Source: Glaucostegus cemiculus (taxonomy: Eukaryota). From it: a stretch of DNA of 64,000 nucleotides. Numbering within the stretch: the first letter of the stretch is position 1; each line of letters starts with the position of its first letter. The translations under genes were made by a program, and so were the position numbers. The notes beneath the pieces are model-generated. The model saw nothing but the letters and a program-made list of their open reading frames with translations, was not told the origin of the DNA and did not search any database. Location of the stretch: contig CDPCPM010000013.1 in assembly GCA_976551045.1 (NCBI GenBank), positions 10,602,001-10,666,000 on the forward strand, read 5' to 3'. Shown one piece after another: positions 1 to 12,410 of this stretch.

Positions 1-1289
1 CATTTACACTAACTGAACTTATGTTGGGGTAAAAATAAATAAATACCAACTGTAAAAACAAAACTAACAAATTTTCTCCATTTAATTTTTTTCAACTCAT
101 ATTTCTTGATGTATGTGCAGATAATGTGGCAGTTTTCTAAGTGCAGTAGTTCCATTTTGTTGTCTAATAGTTTCGACCCTCCCCCCCCCGGGTTTTTCAT
201 ACTATTTACCCTCAAGATGTCTGAAACAGGGCCAGCAAGTTTAAGTGAAAGTTGTAAGCCTAAACCTAGACTACTGTTATTTATTGTGAATTATATCATT
301 TAACTATCTTACCTATATTTGATATGAGTTTAAAAAGTGTATGTCTCCATTCAAACTGAAGGCAGGGAAGTGATGAGCACCTGCAGTTACTTGTGTCTCC
401 AAACACAGCTGCTGCCCATTTATGAGATTGCTTGCCAGTTTCCAAAGCAAATCTCTTAAGTACCCACCTGCTGTGAACCAGCAATTGTGGCACTCATCAT
501 TATTGTTGAAAGAAAAACATCCCGTAGTAATGCATCTCCGCTTATAATATGGCATCCAGTAAGAAATAGGGTTTTATGTTACAGAAAATCACAATATGGA
601 TGGTTTTCTCAGAGTGTAACCCCTCTGTAATGCAGGGGTCAGCTGTATGTATTGAGGTAGGTGCAGAAAATGATTTCCTAGGACCAGCACTCAAGGTCGG
701 GAGGACCTGGAAGGATCTTGTGTACATGGCCCCTTTCTCCTTAATTAGACAACCAAGCAACTGAAGTTAATACAATAACAATTGATGTTGAGTGCTCGTG
801 AACCCTGAAAATAAGATGTATAATTGAGATAATGGAGAGGAACAGATTCCTAGATGGAGGGGAAAAAACTGCTGCACATTACAGAGACCAAACTGTTCCA
901 CCCAGCCAACTATCAGTTCTATCCAAGGCAGGTAAGCCATTTCACCTATTGCAGGTTATATGTCCAACATGACTGACAGTAATGATTGCCACTTTTTAAT
1001 AAATCATTCGTTATTCCTCAATACTTTGAGAAATTTATGATCCTTGAGAAAAATCTTATATAGCCAAGTAATTTGTTTTAGTAATGTAGATCAAGACATA
1101 TTCATCAGCAGCTTTCCAAGTGGCCACCCTGAATTAGGCCTTCTGGAAGATTCTTTACACTAAAATCTCATCCTCACTCAGTTAGCCTGATGAGTGCAAT
1201 CACATTTAGCAACAACTCATCTCCTTCTGCTCACCCTTGACACTAAGTGTTAATTCTTATCTCTCTTTTAACGAGTTAGGAGAGTGATG

Positions 1290-1660
1290 AAGTACTTTCC
1301 ACTTGTCTGGATGAGTGCAGCTTCAATAAAACTCAAGAAGCTCAAAAATATCCAGCCCACTTGATAGGTACTCCAACCTAAACCCTAAACATTAACTGTA
1401 CTTGTAATACCATCAACAAAAAGCATTCTTTTATTCACCACAGAAACTTCACCAACAAATTCTGAAATCATACCTCTGTCATTAATAGGACAAGGGTAGC
1501 AGGCACATGGGAGCACCACCTTCCACAGGTTCCCCTTCATGTCACACAACATCCTGACTTGTAAATATTTCACTATTCCTTCACTTTCACTAGGTCTAAA
1601 CCCTGGAACTCCCACGCTAGAATCACCATTGGAGTAAGTTCACCAAAAGAAATTAAGTAG
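1290..1660 (+). mobile_element. Old CR1-like LINE 3' fragment
   Basis: Degenerate 'ccacttgtctggatgagtgcagc...actcaagaagctc' motif, shared with copies near 29400-30960, 43140-44320 and 59710-60610. Confidence 0.5.
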
Positions 1661-2335
1661 TTCAGAGAGTCCAGCTCTAGTTTGACACTCTAGAAGTGTC
1701 ATACAGCACAGCTTTCAGAACATGCAATTACAATACAATACTGCAGCAGGGCCCATGGTAATAGAGCTTCATGTCACAACACTGACAGCTTTTCAATAGC
1801 TTGGGTTTTTGCCATTGTTCTGGCAACCACTGGTTTTTGATTCACAAAGGAGAGGGGCTTGTGGAGCATCAGTGCACTCCTTCACAGAGCCGAGTCACTA
1901 ATCAGATAGTTGAGAGGGAAATGATCAGGTAGTTGAGAGCCTCAAGGAAAGTTTCATGCTATCTTCTCCAAAGAATATAACCTGCCCATACTCAAAAACT
2001 AAAGATGCTGGAAAACTGAAATAAAAACATACATTGCTGAATGCAAGAACATAACAATAGAAACAGAAGTGGCCATTTGCCCCTTGTGGCTGCACTACCA
2101 TGATAAATCATGGTTGGCCTTCTAATTCAGCGCTACTTTCCTGCACCAGGCCTTTATCCCTTGATTTCCTTAATATCAAAACAATTTATCAGTCTCTACC
2201 TTTAACGCACTCAATGCCTGAGCCTCCATCACCACCCTAGGCAGGGCATTCCAAAGGTTCACCGTGCTATGTGAAGAAATTTTGTCTCAGCTCTCCTTAT
2301 TTTGAGACTGTAACCCCTGATTCTAGACACTCCAA

Positions 2336-2632
2336 GATAAGATAGCATTTTTAGTCATGTATACATCAAAGCACACAGTGAAATGCATCTTTTGCACAGA
2401 CAGTTCTGGGGGCAGCCAGCAAGTGTCACCACACTTCCACTGCCAACATAGCATGCCCGCAACTTCCTAGCACATACGTCTTTGGAATGTGGGAGGAAAC
2501 CAGAGCATCCGGAGGAAACCCCAGGCAGACACGGGGAGAACATACAAACTCCTTACGTATAGCGACCGAATTGAACCCAGATCACTGGCGCTGTAACAGT
2601 GTTACGCTAACCGCTACACTACCGCGCCTGCC
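2336..2632 (-). mobile_element. tRNA-derived V-SINE with type-B (Rex1-like) tail
   Basis: Same head, V core and tail as the copy at 15993-16290. Confidence 0.85.
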
Positions 2633-2899
2633 CTATACGATCATGGTATCATCAGCAAGGTGTCTATCCTGTCAGCCCTCATCAGTTTTTTGCAACATTT
2701 CAATAAAATCACCTCTTTTTATAAGTTCAAGAGAGTCTGCCTAATCTCTTCTCATACAACAAACTCAAGAATCAATCTGGTGAACTTTCTTTGAAAGGGA
2801 AAACAGACTTTCCTGATAAGGTTTCACCAGGACCCAATAAAATTGGAGCAAGGTGCCCCAAGTGTTGTACTCAAATCTCCTGCAATGCATGCCAGCATA

Positions 2900-3218
2900 C
2901 AGGTCCTCCCCAGGTTATGAGAGGGTTCCAACCTGAAAATTGTTCATATCCCAAACAGTTTGCAAGTCGGAAATGCAGCCGTCTGGCAGTATATTTAAAT
3001 AAAAACATAGGCCAACCCAGAGCAATATGTAGTTAAACCAAGATGTTTAATTCAACCAAGTTTCTCTGCGAGATTAGCTGTGAACTGAGTTTCCCACAGG
3101 GCAGAAGATGCCTGCATCCCCACAACAGCTGGCAAATCCATCCCACCAGTCTCGCAAACTGTTGTTCGTATGTACGGGCTATACATAAGGCAAGCGTTCA
3201 TAATCTGGGGAGGGCCTG
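2900..3218. mobile_element. Tc1/mariner (Tigger/pogo-like) MITE
   Basis: Terminal inverted repeats CAGGTCCTCCCCAGGTTATGA and TCATAATCTGGGGAGGGCCTG (19/21 match), flanked by TA at 2898-2899 and 3219-3220. Confidence 0.8.
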
Positions 3219-3979
3219 TATTCTATGTCTTCATAATTGCTTGCTGTACCTGGATGTTAATTTTCAGAGACACCCAGGTCCCTCTGAATACTAATGCCTT
3301 TGAATCTCTCACCACTTTAAACAAATACATTGCCCTTCTATTTTTTATGCACAAGATTGTTCTATATTTTCCACAATATATTCCATCTCACATGTCCTTC
3401 CCCATTCATGTAACTGTCTATATCTCTTTGAAGACTCTTGCATCCTGCATAAAGTTCACACTGCCATCTAGCTTTGGTTCTTAAACTACAGTAGATTATG
3501 CTCAATCCCCATTCCCAAACCTCTGAGGTAGAATGTAAACAGCTGAAGCTGCAGCACCCATCTCTGAGGCACCTCACCAGTCACAGGTTCCCAAAATGAA
3601 AATGACCTGAGTGTTCTTAGTCAGTTCAGTCCATTAACTGAACCTCAATCCAAGCAAGTACATTATTCAAGTACAGTGTAATTTTGTTTAATAAGCTTCT
3701 GTCTGACGCATTATTGAAAGCTTTCTGAAAGTTCAAAAGTACCATATAAATTTGTTCACTCTTCACCATTCTGCTAGGTACAGCCTCAAGAGAACTTAGA
3801 ATCTGGCAATGTCAGTGGTGAAGGAAGCAAAGTTAATGTTGCAGGTTGATGACACATTTTCTGAAATTGCAGATGTATGTCACACACAGCAAAACACTTG
3901 AAATATGGAGAATAGCTCAAGGCTATACTGCAGAAATCCACAAGATTAATTCAGGCATCAGGATCTTTGTTTAAGAATG

Positions 3980-4088
3980 GAGACACAAAAGTCCTGAGGA
4001 AGGGTCTCGACCCGAAACGTCAACTGTCCATTTCCCTCCATAGATGCTGCCCAACCTGCTGAGTTCCTCCAGCATTTTGTGTGTTGCT
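3980..4088 (+). mobile_element. Penelope-like element terminal (pLTR) fragment
   Basis: Same terminal sequence as the element at 27588-28205. Imperfect 14-bp target duplication tttgtttaagaatg (3966-3979) / cttgcttaagaatg (4089-4102). Confidence 0.75.
3990..4025 (+). ncRNA. Minimal type I hammerhead ribozyme motif (Penelope-associated)
   Basis: AGTC-CTGAGGA-A-GGGT(CTCG)ACCC-GAAAC-GTC-AACT: CUGANGA and GAAA core, stem II, palindromic ACGT helix III and GUC site. Stem I has one mismatch. Confidence 0.65.
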
Positions 4089-4429
4089 CTTGCTTAAGAA
4101 TGTCTGGGGTTTTTCAGGTTTTTATGTGGTTTGCATTGCATCGGTGCTGCCTTGTGCACAACTATGAGATAGATATGACAAGCAAGGTGTAGATGCTGCC
4201 CTCATTCCTTCAATGAAATTATCACCAGGGATCCACTCACACGTACTCTCTCCTGTTTGTCATCACAAACCAGCTGAATATTCAGGAATTGCTTCTTGTT
4301 ATAACAAAAATTTTGCTCATTTCACTTCTGGCTCCTTTGTTAGTACCTTAAATCTGTATTATCTGGTTACTGGCTACTTGTCAATGGAAACAATTCTTTC
4401 TCATTTACTCCTGACTGCAGTCAACATCA

Positions 4430-5060
4430 CCTCAGGCAGACATCAAGCCAGCACTTGAGGAAGTAAGTGCTGTAGTTAACAGGAATGAAGCAGCACATCC
4501 AACACCTATCACATCATGGCGGGAGACTTTAATCAGGCCAGCTTGAAGAAGTCTCTGCCTAACTACTATCAACACATCACCTGCAATACTAGAGGACTCA
4601 ACACACTCGACCGCTGCTGCACCACCATCAAGAATGTCAACCGCTCCATCCCTTGCCCGCACTTTGGTAAATCCGACCACCTGGCTGTACTTCTGCCTGT
4701 GTACAGACAGAGACTGAAGAGCGCGGCACTGGTGAAGAGAATCACAAAGGGCTACAGAGGCAGAGGAGTGAATTCGGGATTGCTATAAGTCTTTGAACTG
4801 GACTGTGTTCAACGATTCATCAGCGACCTAAATGAATATACCACAGTCATCACAGACTTCACAAGGACATGAGTGGCCAAGCGTGTACCCACAAAAACAT
4901 TCCGAGTCTTCCCCAACCAGAAGCCCTGGATGAACCAGGAGATTCGTAATCTGCTGAGGGCTAGATCTGTGGCGTTTAGGGCTGGTGATCCAGACTCATA
5001 AAAGAAGTCCAAGTACGACCTCTGGAAGACCATTGCAAGCGTATAAAGGCAATTTTGGAC
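4430..5060 (+). mobile_element. Rex1/Babar-like LINE, APE endonuclease-to-linker fragment
   Basis: ORF 4516-4788 contains AGDFNQASLKK...TLDRC...HFGKSDHLAVLL (APE motifs GDFN and SDH). Stops follow downstream. Confidence 0.85.
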
Positions 5061-6553
5061 TTAGTGGAAGCATTAGTAGTGATCTTTAAAGAACCACTCG
5101 AGACAGGAATGGTTCTGGAGGACTGGAAAATCGTAAATGTCATTCCACTCTTCAAGAAGGGAGGGAGGCAAAAGACAGGAAATTAAAGGCCAGTAAGCCT
5201 GACTTCAGTGGTTGGTAAGATGGGGTTGCAGGGTACTTGGAAGCACATGATAAAATAGGCCGAAGTCAGCAATAGTTTCCTTAAGGGGCGATCTTGCCTG
5301 GCAAATCTGTTTGAATTCTTTGAGGAAGTAACAGGCAGGATAGATAAAGGAGAGTCAGTGGATGTTGTTCACTTACATTTTCAGAAAGCATTGGACAAGG
5401 CGCTGCACATGAGGCTGCTAAGCAAGATAGGAGCCCATGGTATTACAGGAAAGGTACTAGCATGGATAGATTAGCTGACTGGCAGAAGGCAAAGAGTGGG
5501 AATAAAGGGGGCTTTTTCTGGTTGGCTGCCGGTGACTGGTGGTGATCTGCAGTGGTTGGTGTTGGGGACACAACTTTATGTTAATGACCTGGATGACGGA
5601 ATTGATGGTTTTGTGGTCAAGTTTGCAGATGATCAAAGATAGGTGGAGGGGCAAGTAGTGTTGAGGAAGCAGGGAGTCTGCAGAAGGACTTGGACAGGTT
5701 AAGAGAATGGGTAAAGAAGTGGATGATGGAATGCAGCATAGGGAAGTGTATGCTCATGCATTTTGGTAGAAGGAATAAAGGTGTAGACTGTTTTCTAAAC
5801 GGAGAACAAATTCAGAAATTGGAGGTGCAAAGGGACTTGGGAGCCCTAGTGCAGGATTCCCTAAAGGTTAACTTGCATGTTGAGTCAGTAGTAAGGAAAG
5901 CAAATGCAATGTTAGCATTCATTTCAGAGGACAAGAGTATAAGAGCAAGGATGTAATGCTGAGGCTTTATAAGGCATTGGTCAGACCACATTTGGAGTAT
6001 TGTGAGCTGTTTTGGGCCCCATATCTAAGGAAGGATATGCTGGCATTGGAAAGGATCCATCGGAGGCTTCTGAGAATGATCCCAGGAATGAAACTGTTAA
6101 CGTATGAAGAACATTTGATGGCTCTGGGCCTGTTCTCACTGGAGTTCAGAAATGATGAGGGGGGAGCTCATTGAAACCTACTGAATATTGAAAGGCCTGG
6201 ATAGAGCAGACATGGGGAGGATGTTTCCAGTAGTGGGAGAGTCTGGGACGAGAGGGTATAGCTTCAAGAATAGAAAGATGTCCCTTTAGAACAGAGATGA
6301 GGAGGAATTTCTTTAGCCCAGAGGGTGATGAATCTGTGGAATTCATTGCCACAGACGGCTGTGGAGGCCAAGTCTTTGGGTATATTTAAGGCAGAGTTTG
6401 ATAGGTTCTTGATTAGTAAGGGCATCAAAGGTTACAGGGAGAAGTCAGGAGAATGGGGTTGAGAGGGAAAAATAAATCAGCCATGATTGAATTGCAGAGC
6501 AGACTCAAAGGGTCAAATGACCTGATTCTGCTCCTATGTCTTAATGGTCTTAA
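5060..6553 (+). mobile_element. CR1 (HER1-like) LINE, 5'-truncated, decayed RT
   Basis: ORFs 5690-5956 and 5956-6174 (KCMLMHFGRRN, RDLG, LYKALVRPHLEYC) and a CR1-type 3' tail. Confidence 0.88.
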
Positions 6554-6582
6554 ACTAGAATACAAAAGGCATCTATTGTACA

Positions 6583-6953
6583 GGTGACCTGATAGAGGTA
6601 TATAAGATGATGAGAGGTATTGATCCGGTAGATAGTCAGAGGCTTTTCCCCAGGGCTAATATGGTGGCCACAAGAGGACATAGGTTTAAGGTGCTGGGGA
6701 GTAGATATAGAGGAGATGTCAGGGGTAAGTTTTTTTACTCAGAGAGTGGTGAGTGCATGGAATGGGCTGCCAGAAAGGGTTGTGGAGGCAGATACGATAG
6801 GGTCTTTCAAGAGACTGTTGGACAGGTACATGGAGCAAAATAAGATAGAGGGCTATGGGTAAGCCTAGTAGTTTCTAGTGTAGGGACATGTTCGACACAG
6901 CTTTGTGGGCTGAAGGGCCTGAATTGTGCTGTAGGTGTTCTATATGTTCTATG
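6583..6953 (+). mobile_element. CR1 LINE 3' fragment
   Basis: RGIDPVDSQRLFP...TRGHRFKV and a tail with tgttcta repeats. Confidence 0.8.
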
Positions 6954-7174
6954 ACACTCAACAGCTGTGGCAGGAGTTGCACTACTAGGTAACTTCCTAA
7001 AAGGTTTGATTGGGTAGCATAAGTGACAATGACCCATCACTCCTAGATAAGCTCGATGCATTTTATGCACACTTTGATAGGGAGAACTATGATACAACCA
7101 CACGAGCTCCCACATCTCTGGATGACCCTGTAATCTTAGTCTCTGAGGCCAATGTCCAGGCATCCTTCCAGAGG

Positions 7175-8800
7175 GTGAATCCATGAAAGGCGTCTTCTCC
7201 AGGCAGTGTACCCGGCTGAGAACCAAAGATCTGTGCAGACCAATTGACTGGAGTATTTACAGAAGCAAGAGGTTCTGCGGTCTGAGCTTTAAAAAGACGT
7301 CTTTCTGAAAGACGTATGGGTAGGGGGTTTACAATGGGCGGTGCGGACTCGTTGGGCCGAAAGGGCCTGTTATCACGCTGTAAATAAAATTTTTTAAAAA
7401 AGGCATATATTATACAGGTGCCCAAGATGAGGGCGGCGACCTGCCTCAATAACTACCATCTGGTAGTGCTTACATCAACCATAATGAAGTCCTTCAAGAG
7501 GTTGGTTATAGCATGAATCAACTCTTGTCTCAGAGATGACCTGGATCTACTATCTGCCTACTGGCACAACAGCTCAAAAGCAGATGTGATTTCTCTGGCT
7601 CTTTGCTCTGGACCATCTAGACGACAGGAGCTCATACGTACATCAAGCTGCTGCTCATCAACTACAGCTCAGTGTTCAACACAATCATCCCATCCAAACT
7701 CATCATCAAGCTTCGAGATCTGAGCCTCTGTACCTCCCTCTGCAACTGGATACTCGACTTCCTCATTGGCAGACCTCAGTTGATGAGGATTGGTAGCAAC
7801 ATCTCCTCCTTGCAGATCATCAACACAGGTACACCTCAAGGCCGTGTGCTTAGCCCCTGCTCTACTCTCTGTACACACATGACTGTGTGGCTAAGTACAG
7901 CTCCAATGCCATCTTCAAATTTGCTGATGACACTGCTGTTGTTGGATGAAACACAGGTGGTGATGAGTCAGCTTGCTGGAGCGATATAGGACACCTAGTT
8001 GAGTGGAGCCAGAACAACAACCTCTTGCTCAACTTCAGCAAAACTGAAGAGCTGACTGTTGACTTCAGAAAGGGGGAAGGAGGGTGAATATGCACCAGTC
8101 TACATTGGGGGATCAGTGGTGGAGAGAGTCAGCAGCTTTAAATTCCTGGGCCTTAACATATTGGATGACCTGTCCTGGGTCCAGCACATAGATACGATTG
8201 TAAGGAAAGTGGGCCAGCATCTTTATTTTCTTAGGATCGGCTTGTCACCGAACATTCTAACGAACGTCTACAGATATACTGTCGGAAGTATTCTGACTGG
8301 TTACATCATGGTCTGGTATAGCAATTCAAATGTGCAGGAATGTAAGAAGCTGCAGAGAGTAGTGGACTCTGCCCAGTACGTCACAGGCACATCCCTCCCC
8401 ATCATCAGTAGTACTTACAGGAGGCGCTGCCTCAAGAAGGCAACATCCATCACAATGATTCCTACCAGCCGGACCATGCCATCTTTTCACAGCTACCCAT
8501 GGGCAGGAGGTACAGAAGTCTGAAATCCCACACCAATGTTGAAGAACAGCTACTTCCATTCAACCATTCAGTTCTTGAACCAACCAGCAAAACTCTACAG
8601 TTTAGCAACACTATGACCACCAAAATAGACATTTTTTATTGTTTTAATTGTGTTTTTTTTCTTGTAAAAATTGTGTATAATTCTTTTTCTTGTGAATGCT
8701 GCTTATATGATGCTATGTTCCAGTGATGCTGCTGCAAGTAGGCTTTTCATTGCACCTGTGTATACATGTACTTGAGCACATGACAATAAACTTGACTTTA
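7175..8800 (+). mobile_element. Rex1/Babar-like LINE (RT to 3' end) with a SINE tail inserted at about 7300-7390
   Basis: [30 protein letters not shown]-type segment, VERVSSFKFLG. Ends caataaacttgac. Confidence 0.87.
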
Positions 8801-8859
8801 ACCATGACTCTATCAAAACTCTTCATGATTTTGTATTCGTCGCTGCACACAAATCTGGT

Positions 8860-10755
8860 GATCTTGACCTGTACTAGAAATTGAGATATGACCCTCAGAA
8901 AGCTATCAGGAATGCCAAGAGACAATACCAACTCAGAATAGAGTCCCAGACCAGCTGTCAGTTATGGCAGGGTTTACATGCCATAACAGGCTACAAGATG
9001 AATGTGGGCTGCATAGATAACAACAGCACATCCCTTCCTGATGAGCTTAACACATTCCATGCGCATTTTGAACAGAAGGGAAGTGGATTGTCACCATCCA
9101 CCCTGACAGCCTCCAATGCAACTGAACCCATGGTCACCATCAAGGTCATAAGATCAGCTTTCCGGAGAGCAAACATGAGAAAAGCACCTGGCCCAGATGG
9201 TGCCCCTGGCCGTGTGCTCAGATCTTGTGCTGATCTGCTGGTGGGGGTACTTGCAGACATATTTAACCTCTCCCTGCTTCAATCTCAGGTTCCCACCTGT
9301 TTTAAGAAGACCACTATCATCCCGGTACCGAAGAAAAGCAAGGTAACATGCCTCAGTGACTACCAAACAGTGGCTCTGACATCCACCATCATGAAGCACT
9401 CTGAGAGGTTGGTCGTGGCATGCATCAACTCCAGCATCCCAGACAATCTCGACCCACTGCAGTTCACCTATCAACGAAACAGGTCTACAGTGGACGCCAT
9501 CTCTCTGGCCCTACACTCAGCTTTGGAGCATCTGTACAGTAAAGACACCTACCTACATTAGACTATTGTTTATTGACTACAGCTCTGCCTTCAACACTAT
9601 AATGCCAAGGAAACTCATCACCAAACTCCAAGACCTAGAACTTAACACCTCCATCTGTAACTGGATCCTTGACTTTCTAACAGGTAGACCACAATCAATG
9701 AGGATAGGCAGCAATACCTCTGGCACGATTATTCTCAACACTGGTGCCCACAAGGCTGCGTCCTCAGCCCTCTACTCTACTCCCTACGTACTCATGACTG
9801 TGTGGCCAGATTCTGCTCCAACTCCATCTACGAGTTTGCAGATGTTACCATTGTTGTAGGCCATATCTCAATCATCGATGAGTAGGGGTACAGGAAGGAG
9901 ATAGAGAGCTTAGTGGAATGGTGTCATGACAACAACCTTTCCCTCAATGTCAACAAAACGAAAGAGCTGGTCATTGACTTCAGGAAAGGGGGCAGTGAAA
10001 CATGCACCTGTCTACATCGATAGTGCTGAGGTCGAGAGGGTTGAGAGCTTCAAGTTCCTGGGAGTGAACATCACCAACAGCCTGTCCTGGTCAAATCACG
10101 TAGATGCCATGGCCAAGAAAGCTCACCAGCACCTCTACTTCCTCAGGAGACTAAAGAAATTTGGTATGTCCCCTTTGATATTCAGCAACTTTTATCAATG
10201 CACCACAGAAAGTATCCTATCTGGAAGCATCACGGCTTGGTACTGCAACTGCTCCGCCCAGGATCGCAAGAAACTGCAGAGAGTTGTGAACACAGCCCAG
10301 CGCATCATGGAAATGAGCCTCCCCTCCTTGGACTCTGTCTTTACCTCTCGCTGCCTTGGTGAAGCAGCCAGTATAATTAAGGACCCCACCCACCCAGGGC
10401 ATTCTCTCTTCTCTTCCATTGGGTAGAAGATACAGAGGCCTGAGGGCACGTACCACCAGGCTTAAGGACAACTTCTATGCCACTGTGATAAGACTATTGA
10501 ATGGTTCCCTTAGACAACGAGATGGACTCTGACCTCACGATCTACCTTGTTGTGACCTTGCACCTTATTGCACTGCACTTTCTCTGTAGCTGTGACACTT
10601 TACTCTGTATTGCTATTGTTTTTACCTGTACCACATCAATGCACTCTGTACTAACTCAATGTAACTGCACTGTGTAATGAATTGACCTGTATGATCAGTA
10701 TGCAAGACAAGTTTTTCACTGTACCTCGGCACAAGTGACTATAATAAACCAATAT
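8860..10755 (+). mobile_element. Rex1/Babar-like LINE, relatively young, frameshifted RT
   Basis: ORFs 8881-9561 (KAPGPDG, LDPLQF), 9566-9859 ([10 protein letters not shown]) and 9926-10426. The 3' UTR ends gtgactataataaaccaat. Confidence 0.9.
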
Positions 10756-11339
10756 GATCTCCTCAAACTTCACTGTTCCAAGGTGAACAATCCCAGTTTC
10801 TCCAGTCTTGCCATCCCTCAGCCCTGTTGCCATTTTAGAAAATTGATTCTCTGGCCTCTCCAAGGGCTTGGCATCCTTCCCAATATGCTCAGATATGGAT
10901 GTAAATCTTCAGCTGATGCCTAAGTAATTTTTAAGTATGTCTAGCATAACATCTTTGACTTTCAACTTCATGCTTGTATTTACAAAGGGTTCCTTATGCT
11001 TTTTTTAATAACCAACTTAAATTGCACTGCTACCTTCCTGTACTTCTGCACACAGCTTTGTTCACTCATCCCCTTTGAAGTGCTCTCTCTTGGCTAATAT
11101 TGCAGGTTCTCCTTCATCCTTCCAAATCGAAAACAGCAACATTTTATTTCAAGTAAATCAGTCTGCCCATTTCACCATCTGAAAAATATATCCTGAAGTC
11201 TGCTGATATCTCTGTTAACTGTTAACTACATTTTGAAGTTTTCTGTAAGTTTTGAAATTATACCCTGTATCGAAGCCCATCCTCAATACAAAATCAAAAG
11301 AATAATAGACTGAACACTAACTGCACAGGAAAAGAACAG

Positions 11340-12410
11340 ATGGAATTGGTGTAAAATACCAGCACGGATGGGAGATTGGCTAATTAACAGAAAACAGTGT
11401 CAGGGTGGATGTGTTATTTTTGGATTGGTAGTCAATAACTACTGGGTATCATAGGGATCGGTGCTGGAACCTCAGCTATTATACAGTTTAGAATAATAAA
11501 ATAATTATTAAAATAAAATAATGAAATAAAAGAGTGCACTATAGCCAAATGTGATGATGATAAAAAAGACAGATGTGTGAGCAAAGAACTTGCAAAAGGA
11601 TATGGATAAGTTAAATAAGTAGGCAAGAAGTTGGCAGATGGAGTATAATGTGGGAAAATATGAGGTTATCCATTTTGGAAGGGGATATAAAACATCAAAT
11701 TATTATATAAATGGAGTGAGACTACAAAATATTGTGGTACCTAGGAATCGGAGGATCATAGTAAGCTAGCACACAGATTCAGCAAATAATTAGGAAGGCT
11801 CATGGAATGTTGGCCTTTATTACAAGGGTAATGGAACATAAAAGTACTGGGGTTTTGATGCAACTTTGAAGGTTATTATTGAGACTGCACCTTGGAAAGT
11901 TATGGTCCCTATATTTATTGAAGGATATACTTGCATTGGAGCAGTGCAGAGAAGGTTTACTAGGTTTATTCCTGGGATCAGAGGTTGATACACAGGCTTA
12001 TGAAGTTTTAAAATGAAGTTTTTAAATAGAGTGGCAGGTTTACTTAAACATATACAATTCTGCGGGGATTGACGGGGTGGACGCTGAGAGGATGTTTCTC
12101 CTCGTAGGTGTATCTAGAACTAGGCGGCATAATTTCAGAATAAGGGTTTGTCCATTTAATGTGGTGATCAAGAGGAACTTTCTTAGAGGACTGTGATCCT
12201 TTACAATTTGTTTTTACCCCTGTGGAGACAGAGTTGTTGAATATAGAGATAAACAGACATTTGAATTACAAAGGAGCCAAGAGGTAAGGGTAGAGAGTGG
12301 GACAGTGATATGGAGGTCATGATTGAATCAACTTTGACCTTACTGAATTGGTGGAGCTGGCTGAAGGGGCTAATTAGCCTATTTCTGGTCCTGCTTCTAA
12401 TGTTCTAATG
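11340..12410 (+). mobile_element. Old CR1 LINE fragment
   Basis: Degenerate homology to the CR1 at 5060-6553, ending with a ttctaatgttctaatg tail. Confidence 0.65.

Larger units (their letters stand above)
2050..3770 (-). mobile_element. Decayed CR1-like LINE interrupted by a SINE and a MITE
   Basis: Reverse-complement similarity to the CR1 at 5060-6553 (3' tail near 2050, RT remnants to about 3770). Confidence 0.55.

Noticed and set aside
300-340. Recursive splice site TAG|GTAAGA on the minus strand
   Set aside because: The polypyrimidine tract is poor, and such a motif is expected by chance in 64 kb.
8881-10426. Long ORFs (226, 97 and 166 aa) as host genes or an active retroelement
   Set aside because: They are frameshifted pieces of one 5'-truncated Rex1-like ORF2.
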